NCBI GenBank assembly: GCA_034521595.1
Contig: JAXHMG010000003.1
Location: 160,001 to 224,000, forward strand
From: Gemmatimonadota bacterium
Lineage (GTDB): Bacteria > Gemmatimonadota > Gemmatimonadetes > Longimicrobiales > Gaopeijiaceae
Direction: 5' to 3'
DNA: 64,000 nucleotides
Below, one piece after another: positions 9,801-19,555 of this stretch (positions are counted from its first letter, which is position 1; every line of letters begins with the position of its first letter). Both the position numbers and the translations under genes were made by a program. Below the pieces are notes generated by a model, which searched no databases, was not told the DNA's origin, and saw only the letters and a program-made list of their open reading frames with translations.

Positions 9801-11744
9801 ATGAATAGGAAGTTTCGAGTCAACGTCCTCGGGGCCTTGTTGGCCACTCTGTTGGTGACGGCAGGCTCCACGGATTCGCCCGTGGCGGATGCCGCACAGC
9901 GCGGTGACGTCGAGGCCGTGGTGGCCTTGCTGGAGCAAGGAGCCGATGTCAATGCGGCTCAGGGCGACGGCATGACGGCGCTCCACTGGGCGGCCCGGAA
10001 GGGCAACGCCGAGTTGGCGGAGGTGTTGTTGTATGCCGGAGCCAGCACCGAAGCAACCACGAGACTCGGAGGATATACGGCTCTGCACCTCGCGAGTCGC
10101 TCCAGAAACGAGCGCACGGTCGAGACACTCCTGGAGCACGGCGCGGATGCGGGCAACCCGACCGCGACCGGAGCACGGGCGCTCCACCTGGCTGCGGAGG
10201 CGGGTGATTCCACAACGGTGTCCGTCCTGCTCGAGAACGGGGCGGAAGTCGATGCACGCGAAGACGTTTATGACCAGACGCCGTTGATCTGGGCGACCGC
10301 GAATAACCGTGTCGAAGCGATGCGGACCCTTCTGGATGCGGGAGCCGACGTCAAAGCTCAGACGGCGGTGGTGGACTACGCGCTCCAGAGCGAGTTGGAT
10401 CGAGTGGATCGGCAGCGCCGCAATCGCATCCAGGATGCTCGTATCGAGGCCGAGCGCGAAGCTCAGACGGAGCGTGAAGCTCGGCTGGCCGAAGAACGGG
10501 CAGAGGAAGAGGGCGAGCAGAACGCGGTAGCATCCGAACCCGCGAACGCGGAAGAAGACGAGCCCGCGGAGGAGGAAGAGTCCGAGGGCGAGGAAGAAGG
10601 CGCTTCCGAAAACGAGGACGCAGCGGACTCCGAGGAAGAATCGGAGGCCGAAGCCGCTGAAGAAGAAGAACAGGAAGAGACTGCGGAAGACGAAGAGGCG
10701 CCCGAGGAGGAAGAGGACGAATCCGAGGAGTCGGAAGCGGATCTCGAACCTCTCGGCTATTCGGATCTGGTCGGCAAGGAAGGCGGCCTGACGCCCCTTC
10801 ACTATGCCGCGCGTGACGGTTATGCGGAGGCGGCAGAGCTTCTTCTGAGCCGTGGCGCGGATGTGAACCAGCCGAGCGGAGACGGCACGACACCGTTGCT
10901 CATGGCCACGATCAACGGCAACTACGACCTCGCGGTCCGGTTTCTCGAGGAAGGTGCCGATCCCAATCTCGACAGCGAAGACGGCGCGACGCCGCTCTTC
11001 ACGACGCTCAATAACCGGTGGGCACCGAAGGCACTGTTCCCGCAGCCGACTGCGTTCAAACAGCAGCGGACCGATTACCTCGAGATGATGGAGGCCCTCT
11101 TGGATGCGGGCGCGGATCCGAACCATCGGACGAAGCGTCACATCTGGTACACCTCCTACAACTTCGATCTGCTCGGTGTCGATTTCGTGGGGGCCACGCC
11201 CTTCTGGCGGGCCGCATACGCTCTCGACGTTTCGGCGATGAAGCTCCTCGTGGAGCATGGCGCCGACCCGACGATCCCGACCAGGAAGCCGGCCAGCCGC
11301 CGGTACCGTGGCGGTGGTGATGAAGACGAGGACGAAGACCCCTCCGGTCTGCCGCCCGCGAAGGTTGGTGGTCCGGCCGTCTATCCGATCCACGCCGCGT
11401 CCGGCGTCGGCTTCGGCGAGGGGTTCGCCGCCAACTCGCATCGGCACGCACCCGACCAATGGGTACCCGCGGTGCGTTACCTGGTGGAAGAGCTCGGCGC
11501 GGATGTGAACGCGCGGGACCACAACGGCTATTCGCCCGTACACCACGCGGCGGCTCGTGGGGACAACGAGCTTATTGAATACCTGGTCTCCCAGGGTGCG
11601 GACGTGACTCTGGTGAGCCGTGATGGTGAGACGACCGTCGACTTGGCGAACAGTCCGGTCCAGCGGATCTCTCCGTTCCCGAAGACCATCGATTTACTCG
11701 AGAGTCTCGGAGCGAAGAACAACAACAACTGCGCGATCTGCTAA
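9801..11744 (+). CDS. Secreted ankyrin-repeat protein with long acidic insertion
   Basis: Many G-TALH/TPL...GADVN repeats, signal peptide, Glu-rich tract at ~10500-10745, terminal CAIC. Confidence 0.85.
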   Translation: MNRKFRVNVLGALLATLLVTAGSTDSPVADAAQRGDVEAVVALLEQGADVNAAQGDGMTALHWAARKGNAELAEVLLYAGASTEATTRLGGYTALHLASRSRNERTVETLLEHGADAGNPTATGARALHLAAEAGDSTTVSVLLENGAEVDAREDVYDQTPLIWATANNRVEAMRTLLDAGADVKAQTAVVDYALQSELDRVDRQRRNRIQDARIEAEREAQTEREARLAEERAEEEGEQNAVASEPANAEEDEPAEEEESEGEEEGASENEDAADSEEESEAEAAEEEEQEETAEDEEAPEEEEDESEESEADLEPLGYSDLVGKEGGLTPLHYAARDGYAEAAELLLSRGADVNQPSGDGTTPLLMATINGNYDLAVRFLEEGADPNLDSEDGATPLFTTLNNRWAPKALFPQPTAFKQQRTDYLEMMEALLDAGADPNHRTKRHIWYTSYNFDLLGVDFVGATPFWRAAYALDVSAMKLLVEHGADPTIPTRKPASRRYRGGGDEDEDEDPSGLPPAKVGGPAVYPIHAASGVGFGEGFAANSHRHAPDQWVPAVRYLVEELGADVNARDHNGYSPVHHAAARGDNELIEYLVSQGADVTLVSRDGETTVDLANSPVQRISPFPKTIDLLESLGAKNNNNCAIC

Positions 11745-11796
11745 CGAGCGGAGGCGGAGCCCCTTCGGCCACGTGAGCGCCGGGGGCGGATCGAGG

Positions 11797-11836
11797 AAGA
11801 GGCGGTTGAGTCCTCATCGGGCTCAGCCGCCTCTTT
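11797..11836 (+). terminator. Probable intrinsic terminator of the DUF1592 operon
   Basis: Stem AAGAGGCGGTTGAGTCC / GGGCTCAGCCGCCTCTT with 5-nt loop and a short T run. Confidence 0.6.
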
Positions 11837-11928
11837 CGTGTCCGCGTCCCTTGCATCTGTGTGGGCCCTTCCGTATTGCTTTCGAGATGCATCGATATTC
11901 TTTCTGCCATCCCACACCCGACGATTTC

Positions 11929-12930
11929 ATGAGCACGACCGTTCGACTCGGACCGACCTCGCTCTTGCTCGCACTCGGCCTCGCGGCCTGTGGGCCCGCC
12001 GCATCGGATGATGCGAGCTCGGGCGCGAACACCACGGAGGAGGTGGAGTCCATTCGCACCGCGGACCCTGACGCCCGCGGTTACAACGACGAAGACTTCC
12101 CACGCGTCCAGGAGGTCGGGGACGGTGTGTATACGTACGAACAGCTGCGTTCGGCCGGTGACGAACGATTCACCACGGTCAGCCTCTTCGTGGTGACCGA
12201 GGAAGGCGTGGTGCTCGCGGACGGTCAAGGCAGCGTCGAAGAGACGGAGAGGCTGGTGGACCACATCGGGGAGATCACCGATCAGCCCATCACCCACGTG
12301 GTGATTGGCTCCGATCACGGGGATCATACCGGCGGGAACGCCGCGTTACCCGAAGATGCACGCTACTATGCGCATCCGACATCAGCCGCGGCTCTCGAGT
12401 CCCGGGCCGAATCCGCCGACGACCCTTCGGCGGTTCGGCTGGCCACGGACCTCGTGGAAGACCGCACCGTCCTGGAACTCGGTGGCCGGGAGATCGATCT
12501 ACGGTTTCTAGGCCGAGCGCATACGGGTGGAGACCTCGTGGTGTATTTGCCGGAAGAGAAGGTCCTCTTCATGAGCGAGGCTTATCTTCATAGAGTGTTC
12601 CCCGCGATGCGGTCCGCCTTCCCGTCGGAGTGGGTGGAGATGATCGAGCGGGCGCAGAGCATGGATGTCGACATGTACGTACCCGGACACGGGTTCGTGG
12701 ACTCCCCGGGGATTCTGGAAGAGGAGCTGGAGGTGTATCAGAGCGCGATCGAGCAGGTGATCGACGAGGCGAGGCGGCTACACGACGAAGGGCTCACGCT
12801 CGAGGAAGCACAGGAACAGGCGGATTTCGGAGCTCTGGAGGATTGGTCGCTACGAGCGAGCCAGGGCCCGATCGCGATCCGACGAGTCTACGCGGAGTTG
12901 AACGGCGAACTGCCGGGTGGTGAACGGTGA
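11929..12930 (+). CDS. MBL-fold metallo-hydrolase lipoprotein with variant metal motif
   Basis: Lipobox LAAC. GSDHGDHTGGN, AHTGGD, VPGHG. Confidence 0.8.
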   Translation: MSTTVRLGPTSLLLALGLAACGPAASDDASSGANTTEEVESIRTADPDARGYNDEDFPRVQEVGDGVYTYEQLRSAGDERFTTVSLFVVTEEGVVLADGQGSVEETERLVDHIGEITDQPITHVVIGSDHGDHTGGNAALPEDARYYAHPTSAAALESRAESADDPSAVRLATDLVEDRTVLELGGREIDLRFLGRAHTGGDLVVYLPEEKVLFMSEAYLHRVFPAMRSAFPSEWVEMIERAQSMDVDMYVPGHGFVDSPGILEEELEVYQSAIEQVIDEARRLHDEGLTLEEAQEQADFGALEDWSLRASQGPIAIRRVYAELNGELPGGER

Positions 12931-14174
12931 TCACGAGCACACGCTGCACACTCATTCCCGGTTCTCGCGATCGAGCGGGCATGGATCCGATCTTCCGGTT
13001 GCACGGAGAAGCGACGCGACGGGCGGCCGAAGGAGAGGACATCCTCAATTGTACGATGGGCGCGTTGATGGACGAGGACGGTAACCTCTCCGTGCTTCCG
13101 TCCGCCATCGAAGCGCTCCGCTCGGTGTCGATTCCGAGCGTGTCGGGCTACGGTCCAATCCCTGGAGATCCACGCTTCCAGGACGCGGCCATACGTGACC
13201 TCCTCGGTGAAAGCGAGTTGGCCGAGCACGCTCTGGCGTTGGCGACTCCGGGGGGGACCGGAGCCATCTATCAGACGGTGGAGAACTTTCTCGAACCCGG
13301 ACAGTCGCTGCTCACCACGAACTATCGATGGGGGCCATACGGTGACATCGCGGCCCACGCCGGGCGCGGGCTCGAAACGTTCAACATGTTCGACGCCGAC
13401 GGCGCCTTTGACGTGGCCGCCATGGAGGAAGCCGTTGGGCGGCAGGCCCGAGAGCAGCAACGGGTCCTGCTCGTGCTGAACTTTCCCAGCCACAATCCGA
13501 CCGGATACTCGTTGAACGAGCGCGAATGGGACGCCGTGGCCGACGTGCTCGTTGGCGCGGCCGAGAGCGTGCCCGTGACGGTGCTCATGGACTGCGCCTA
13601 CCTCAAGTATGGTGGAGATGCGATCCATGCCTGGGACGCGGTGCTGCCTCGACTCGTCGACCACATGACCGTTCTGTTCGCTTGGACGGCTTCGAAGGCC
13701 TTCACGCAGTATGGACTGCGGGTGGGTGCGCTCATCGCGTGCCACCGAGATCCGGAAGAAAGGGACCAGCTCACCCGGGCCCTCAACTACACGTCCCGGG
13801 CGACGTGGTCCAACTGCAACCGGCTGGGGATTCGGGCCATCACCGACCTCATCATGGACCCCGATCTCAGGGAACGCTCCGACGCGGAGCGCCAGGAGTT
13901 GATCGACCTGCTGGCTGCGCGCACGAAGGTGTTCAACGAGTCGGCGCGGGAAGTGGGGTTGGACTGGCCGCGCTTCGAGAGCGGCTTTTTCGTCTCGGTG
14001 TTCACGCCCGAGCCCGAAGTAACGGCCGCGAAGATGCGCGACGCCGGAGTGTTCGTGATCCCGATCAACGGTGCCGTGCGCGTGGCCCTATGCTCCACGC
14101 CGACCCGAGCGCTACCCCGGCTGGTCGAGGCGTTGTCGGACGGCGTGGAGGCGGCGACGGTATCGGTGGCGTGA
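12927..14174 (+). CDS. Class I/II PLP aminotransferase (aspartate aminotransferase-like)
   Basis: TPGGTGA, HNPTG, DCAY, ASKAFTQYGLRVG. GTG start overlaps the upstream TGA. Confidence 0.85.
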   Translation: MITSTRCTLIPGSRDRAGMDPIFRLHGEATRRAAEGEDILNCTMGALMDEDGNLSVLPSAIEALRSVSIPSVSGYGPIPGDPRFQDAAIRDLLGESELAEHALALATPGGTGAIYQTVENFLEPGQSLLTTNYRWGPYGDIAAHAGRGLETFNMFDADGAFDVAAMEEAVGRQAREQQRVLLVLNFPSHNPTGYSLNEREWDAVADVLVGAAESVPVTVLMDCAYLKYGGDAIHAWDAVLPRLVDHMTVLFAWTASKAFTQYGLRVGALIACHRDPEERDQLTRALNYTSRATWSNCNRLGIRAITDLIMDPDLRERSDAERQELIDLLAARTKVFNESAREVGLDWPRFESGFFVSVFTPEPEVTAAKMRDAGVFVIPINGAVRVALCSTPTRALPRLVEALSDGVEAATVSVA

Positions 14175-14208
14175 ACGGAGGATAGGACGGCAACCGCGTA
14201 GCCCGGGC

Positions 14209-15100
14209 TCAGTTCATCGACGACCGGCCCGTGGCTTCGTGTCCACGGAGAATCACATCTTCCGCCTCCTCGGGCGATCCATACAGCAGGAGGCCCTGAA
14301 AACCCTGTTCGATCCGGTCGACGATGTTGTCCCCGTTCGCGGTCATCATGCTCGTCATTCCGGCTTCCGTCGCGAGTCGCAGCACGTCGTCGCACGCCGC
14401 CTCGGCAGCCTTCTCGGTCGCCGTCCATGTCACTCGTGAGGCTCCCGATGCCGCAGGAGAGCATGCTGTAGCCCGGAATGGAGGCAATCTCGTCCGCGGC
14501 GGCTACCGCCTCCTGGTCTTCCACCATCAGCATGGCGATGACCGATCCGGTGGGATTGTCCGGCGACCATACGTCCGCGCCGGCCTCTCGAAAGAAGCTC
14601 GTCGCGAGCCGGGCTTCCTCCGGACTGCGGACGTGCGGGATGACGACGCCGTCAGCGCCGATGTCGAGGACTTCGGCGACCCGTTCTCGGGTGGCGTCTT
14701 CGCCCGCGTCTCCGATCGTCGGAATGCGTACCAGCAACGTGGGGCGGTGTCCGGTCGTGCCGGTCTCGAGCCCTTCGACGATCGTGCGGACCGCCTCGGG
14801 ATCGTATGCGCCTTCCAGATTGAGGAAGAGGTAGTCGAGCAGCGGATTGTCCGCCAGCGCGCGGGCGCCTTCGACGGTGTACATCGGGGGAAGCCGATTC
14901 CCTTCCGCGTCGGTGGCGCCCTGCTCACGCTCGTTGGGGACGAAGATGCCGAAGGCCGGCGTATCCGCATTCCAGAGCTCAATCAACTCGGGGCTACCGC
15001 TCCCGGAGATCGAGGCTTCGGAGGAGGCCATGTCGCTGCCCCCCGTGTCTCCGCAGGCGATGAGGAGCGGAGCGATCAACATCCAGGACGCACGGCGCAT
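14209..15100 (-). pseudogene. HpcH/HpaI aldolase-like lipoprotein, +1 frameshift near 14410 (may be a sequencing error)
   Basis: Lipobox LIAC. LVRIP, GADGVVIPHV, MVED. Similarity to the adjacent paralog continues in another frame (AAEAACDDVL...RIEQGF). Span 892 bp = 3n+1. Confidence 0.7.
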
Positions 15101-15102
15101 GG

Positions 15103-15930
15103 TCAGCTCTCCCGCCCGGCGGCTGCACGTCCGACTTCGATCGCTTCGGGCTCCGTCACGATGAAGAAGCGGAACCCTTGCTCGATGCGGGATTCGATGT
15201 CGTCCACACCCGCGGTGATGCCGCAGGCGACGTCCTGTTCCAGGCACGCGGCGAGAACGGTCTGGATCGCGTTCTCCACCGCCTCCATATCGCCTTCATA
15301 GGCCCGGCGGAGGTCACCCGGCCCCGGGATGACGACGCCCGCGCCCGGCGTGCCGACGATCTCGGTTGCGCGCTCGATGCCGATCTGGTCTTCGATGAGC
15401 AGCACGTTGAGCACATCTCCGTCCGGATTCGTCGGCCAAAGGCGGTCCCCGACCGCTTCAGCCGCGAGCTCGGCGTCTTCGACCGACTCCACGTGCGGGT
15501 AGACGATCGCGCTCGCCCCGGCCGCGAGGCCCTGAGCCGTACGCTCGACGGCGGCTTCCCGGTCGTCGCGGATCGGAGGGATGCGCAGCGCGAGCGGGGG
15601 CGGGGGACCGGCCGAGGCCTCCTCCAGGCCCGTCATGTATGCACCCATGGCATCGAGGTCGAATGGCCCGGACTCGAGCGAGTAGAAGACGAAGTCGACG
15701 CCGCTGTTCTCCGCCATCATCCTGCCGCCTTCAGGCGTCTGCTCTCCGGAGAAGATCCCGAAGACCACCTCGTCGTCCTCGAGCAGCTCGATCATACGGT
15801 TGCCCTGCACGGCTTGGGACGCGGGCGTGTCGGACATCTCCGCGCCGTCGTCGCCCTCCGTACCGCAGGCCGAGAGCACCAGCGGCATGAGCGTCAGTGC
15901 TAGAAAGGACTTCGCTCGCATTCCTGTCAT
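15103..15930 (-). CDS. HpcH/HpaI aldolase-like lipoprotein
   Basis: Lipobox LSAC. LRIPP, IVYPHVES, LIED, PGPGDL, RIEQGFRF. Start 15930 or 15921. Confidence 0.75.
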   Translation of the reverse strand: MTGMRAKSFLALTLMPLVLSACGTEGDDGAEMSDTPASQAVQGNRMIELLEDDEVVFGIFSGEQTPEGGRMMAENSGVDFVFYSLESGPFDLDAMGAYMTGLEEASAGPPPPLALRIPPIRDDREAAVERTAQGLAAGASAIVYPHVESVEDAELAAEAVGDRLWPTNPDGDVLNVLLIEDQIGIERATEIVGTPGAGVVIPGPGDLRRAYEGDMEAVENAIQTVLAACLEQDVACGITAGVDDIESRIEQGFRFFIVTEPEAIEVGRAAAGRES

Positions 15931-16129
15931 GACATGATCCCTTGAGGTCCATGGAAATCGGAGACACCGATGTAACGTCCTCGGGCCTTTCGCGACAGGG
16001 TCCGAGGGTCGTTGGGTAACTCGTGCAGGTGGCTCACTCCCGTGGGCGGGGGTACCTTTTCGCCTTGGGCACGGCGCACGAACTACGGGGCTCCGTCCGG
16101 TCCCCACCGTCACTCGAGAAGGATTCACG

Positions 16130-16735
16130 ATGCTCAATCGGCCGCGTTTCGCCCCAATGATCCTCGCCGTTCCGTTCATTCTGGGATCGTCGGGCTGCGC
16201 CACGGTCCAGCAGATGATGGCTGTGCGTGACGTCGATTTCTCGTTCGACCGTGTGGCGGAGGTGAACCTTGCCGGGATCGATATCGAGGCGGTGAGCTCG
16301 TTCTCCGAGCTCGGTCTTTCCGACGCCAGTCGGTTGATGACGGCCGTATCCGAGCGTGACCTTCCCCTGACGCTGGATGTGCACCTCCGAGCGCTGAACC
16401 CGGAGGACAACGCGATCGATGCTCGGCTGGTCCGCATGGATTGGACGCTTCTCATCGAAGGGCGGGAGACGCTGTCCGGTGTGTTCGACGACGAGGTCGT
16501 GCTGCCGCCGGGAGAGCCGAGAGACGTGAGGGTGCCCGTGTCATTGAACCTCGTGGAGTTCTTCGACGGCTCGGCTCGAGACCTCGTGGAGCTCACGCGC
16601 TCTTTGGCCGGGATCGGAGGGAGACCGGCCGAGGTCGCTCTCAGGGCATCTCCCGTCGTGGAGACTGCCGTGGGTCCGATCCGGTATCCGAGACCGTTAA
16701 CTCTCGCGCGCGGCACCGTGGGAGGTGCGCGGTAG
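16130..16735 (+). CDS. LEA_2/WHy-domain lipoprotein
   Basis: Lipobox SSGC. Pattern L-x-A-x-NP...RMDWTLLIEG typical of LEA type 2. Confidence 0.65.
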   Translation: MLNRPRFAPMILAVPFILGSSGCATVQQMMAVRDVDFSFDRVAEVNLAGIDIEAVSSFSELGLSDASRLMTAVSERDLPLTLDVHLRALNPEDNAIDARLVRMDWTLLIEGRETLSGVFDDEVVLPPGEPRDVRVPVSLNLVEFFDGSARDLVELTRSLAGIGGRPAEVALRASPVVETAVGPIRYPRPLTLARGTVGGAR

Positions 16736-17587
16736 GGGATCGTCGAAATCCAACGCCACGTCGAGCGACGGCGCGGAGTGCGTCAACCAACCCACCGAGA
16801 TCCAATCCACCCCGGTGGCCGCGACGGCACCGACCGTTTCCAGGGTGATGCCTCCGGACGCCTCGAGCACGCAGCGCCCGCCCGCTCGACGGACCGCATC
16901 ACGCATGCGTTCCGGTTCCATGTTGTCGAGCATCACGATGTCGGCCCCGGACTCGATCACGGGCTCGAGGTCATCCAGGGACTCGATCTCCACTTCCACC
17001 CTGAAATCCGGGCCGACATGGTCCCGAGCTCGCCGCACAGCTTCCGCGGGGGATCCGACCGCCGCGATGTGGTTGTCCTTGATGAGCACGGCGTCGTAGA
17101 GGCCCATTCGGTGGTTCTTCCCCCCTCCCGCACGCACCGCCGCTTTCTGGAGGGCCCGGATACCGGGCACGGTCTTGCGCGTATCCACGATGCGCGCTCC
17201 GGTACCGGAAACTCGGTCAACCAGCCGGGACGTAGCGGTCGCGACACCGGAGAGCTGTCCCAGCATGTTGAGGGCGACTCTCTCCGCCGACAAGATCGCC
17301 CTCGCCGGGCCGGTGACGCGCGCGAGGCGACTCCCGCCCTCGACCGAGGCCCCGTCTCGCACGAGCGCATCGATGTCGACGCGATCATCAAGCAGCTGAA
17401 ACGTCCTGAGGGCCACGTCCAGGCCTGCCACGCACCCGGATTCCCGAGCCACCATGTAGGCGGTCGCCGTCGCGTCTTCGGGGATCGTGGCCGAGGACGT
17501 GACGTCCCCCGCGTCACCGAGGTCTTCGTGGAGGCTCGCGCGGAGAAAGGCGTCGAACGCTCCCTGTAGAGGCTCGGACCCGTTCAG
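16697..17587 (-). CDS. nadC: Nicotinate-nucleotide diphosphorylase (carboxylating), probable CTG start
   Basis: [38 protein letters not shown]. The conserved N-terminal EDLG..GDVT lies upstream of the first ATG (17455). Confidence 0.9.
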   Translation of the reverse strand: MNGSEPLQGAFDAFLRASLHEDLGDAGDVTSSATIPEDATATAYMVARESGCVAGLDVALRTFQLLDDRVDIDALVRDGASVEGGSRLARVTGPARAILSAERVALNMLGQLSGVATATSRLVDRVSGTGARIVDTRKTVPGIRALQKAAVRAGGGKNHRMGLYDAVLIKDNHIAAVGSPAEAVRRARDHVGPDFRVEVEIESLDDLEPVIESGADIVMLDNMEPERMRDAVRRAGGRCVLEASGGITLETVGAVAATGVDWISVGWLTHSAPSLDVALDFDDPLPRTSHGAARES

Positions 17588-18561
17588 ACCTGGACCTCGA
17601 GCATGCGCTCGACTGCGGTGCGTGCTCTGGCGGCGACATCCGGTGTGACCGTGACTTCGTTTTTCATGTCACGGAGGCTGTCCCGGATCCCTTCGAGGGT
17701 GATCCGCTTCATATGAGGGCAGAGGTTGCACGGCCGGATGAACTCGGTGTCGGGAGACTCCGCGGCGACGTTGTCGCTCATGGAGCATTCCGTCACCATG
17801 ACGACTTGCCGCGGGCGCTCGTTATGAACCCAATCGATCATGCGGGCGGTGGAGCCGACGAAGTCGGCCTCGTCGAGGACGTCCGGTGGACACTCCGGAT
17901 GCGCGATGATTTGAATGCCCGGATGTTGGGATCTGTAGGCTTGGAGCTCCGCGCCGGTGAAACGCTCGTGAACCTCGCAGGACCCGTTCCACAGAACGAT
18001 CTCGACGTCGGTTTGCGAGGCGACCCAGCGCCCCAGATACTGGTCGGGTAGGAAGATCACCTTCGGGACGTCTAGGGATTCGACGACCTGGACCGCGTTG
18101 CCGGAGGTGCAGCAGATGTCCGATTCGGCCTTCACCTCGGCCGACGTGTTGACGTACGTGACCACCGGAACGCCGGGATACCGCTCACGCAGCAGCCGGA
18201 CATCGTCGCCGGTGATCCCTTCCGCAAGCGAGCATCCGGCTTGGAGGTCGGGGATCAAGATCGTCTTGTGCTCGTTGACGATCTTCGCGGTCTCCGCCAT
18301 GAAATGAACACCCGCCATGACGATGACTTCCGCGTCCGTCTCGCTCGCCATGCGAGCGAGGGCGAGGGAGTCCCCTTTGAGGTCCGCGGCGCCGTGGAAG
18401 ATGTCGGGCGTCATGTAGTTGTGGGCCAACACCACGGCGTTTCGCTGCTGCTTCAACTCGTCGATCTCGACGAGGATGGGTTCCAAGGCCGCGATCTCCA
18501 CGTCCGGCAAGACTCCGGCCAGACGCTCCTGGGGGCCGACTTCGGTCGAAGGTGTGGTCAC
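17584..18561 (-). CDS. nadA: Quinolinate synthase
   Basis: LAHNY, GDSLAL, GVHFMAE, AGCSLA, YVNTSA, CEVH, HPEC, CPHM. GTG start with GGAG SD. Confidence 0.95.
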   Translation of the reverse strand: MTTPSTEVGPQERLAGVLPDVEIAALEPILVEIDELKQQRNAVVLAHNYMTPDIFHGAADLKGDSLALARMASETDAEVIVMAGVHFMAETAKIVNEHKTILIPDLQAGCSLAEGITGDDVRLLRERYPGVPVVTYVNTSAEVKAESDICCTSGNAVQVVESLDVPKVIFLPDQYLGRWVASQTDVEIVLWNGSCEVHERFTGAELQAYRSQHPGIQIIAHPECPPDVLDEADFVGSTARMIDWVHNERPRQVVMVTECSMSDNVAAESPDTEFIRPCNLCPHMKRITLEGIRDSLRDMKNEVTVTPDVAARARTAVERMLEVQV

Positions 18562-18835
18562 GACGACTCCGGGTTGTTGAACGGATAAAGACGGGCGATC
18601 GATTGCGGTCCAACTACGAAATGAATACACCTCAAGCGGCCCGTAGATTCACTCTGGCCCGGAACGCCGGGGGTAGACGCGTGTTTCTGGACGCGGACGT
18701 GAAGCTAGACGGCACGGCGCTTCCCTACAAGAATGGGGGGCGTCGCCCGATTTTCCGAAAACCTCCGTACGGCGTTGGGTACCGGCGCCGTACTCGTTAG
18801 CTTCGAAGCTCTTCATCCTCGCAGGAAAGGGTCTC

Positions 18836-19540
18836 ATGACTTTTCGTCTCGGTACGGGGCTGGTAGCCCTGACATTCTCGCTCGCCGCGTGCTCGAACGG
18901 TACGGCGTCCTTCGACTCCGCTGCTCTTGACAGCGACGATCAGAAAGCCAGCTACGGCATCGGCCTGAACGTCGGCAGTCAGATCGCCGACTCGCGCGAT
19001 CGACTCGACCGCGCCGCTTTCATGCGGGGGGTGGAGGACGCGCTCCAGGGGAATCAGCCGGCCGTGCCTCGCGAGGAACTCCAACCCGCCCTCGAAACCT
19101 TCGCGGAAGAGGTCCAGGCCGCCGCGGCCGAGGCCCGCCAGCAAGAAGCCGTCGAGAACGCGGAAGCCGGCGAGAGCTTCCTGGAGGAGAACGCTCAGCG
19201 TGAGGAAGTGACGACCACCGAGAGCGGCCTCCAGTACGAGGTTCTGCAGGAGGGAGACGGTCCGGTCCCGACCGCTGAAGACGAAGTCGAGGTGCACTAC
19301 CAGGGGACGCTCATCGACGGCACGGAGTTCGACAGCTCGTACGGTGGCGACCCCGCGACATTCGGCGTGGGCGCGGTGATTCCCGGCTTCGCGGAAGCGT
19401 TGCAGCTCATGCCGGTCGGAAGTGAGTACCGGGTCTGGATCCCGTCGGAGCTCGGTTATGGTGAGCAGGGCTCCGGGCCGGTGATCGGGCCGAATTCGGT
19501 CCTCGTCTTCGACATCGAGCTCCTGGACATCGTCGAGTAA
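18836..19540 (+). CDS. FKBP-type peptidyl-prolyl isomerase (FkpA/Mip-like) lipoprotein
   Basis: SYGIG, SGLQYEV, VHYQGTLIDGTEFDSS, VIPGF, IPSELGYG. Confidence 0.9.
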   Translation: MTFRLGTGLVALTFSLAACSNGTASFDSAALDSDDQKASYGIGLNVGSQIADSRDRLDRAAFMRGVEDALQGNQPAVPREELQPALETFAEEVQAAAAEARQQEAVENAEAGESFLEENAQREEVTTTESGLQYEVLQEGDGPVPTAEDEVEVHYQGTLIDGTEFDSSYGGDPATFGVGAVIPGFAEALQLMPVGSEYRVWIPSELGYGEQGSGPVIGPNSVLVFDIELLDIVE

Positions 19541-19555
19541 CACCGTTTTTCGGCC

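Noticed and set aside
18620-18660. Possible NAD-regulator operator before nadA (TGAATAC...GTAGATTCA)
   Set aside because: Imperfect, single instance, no match to a NadR/NrtR/NadQ/NiaR box that I can support.
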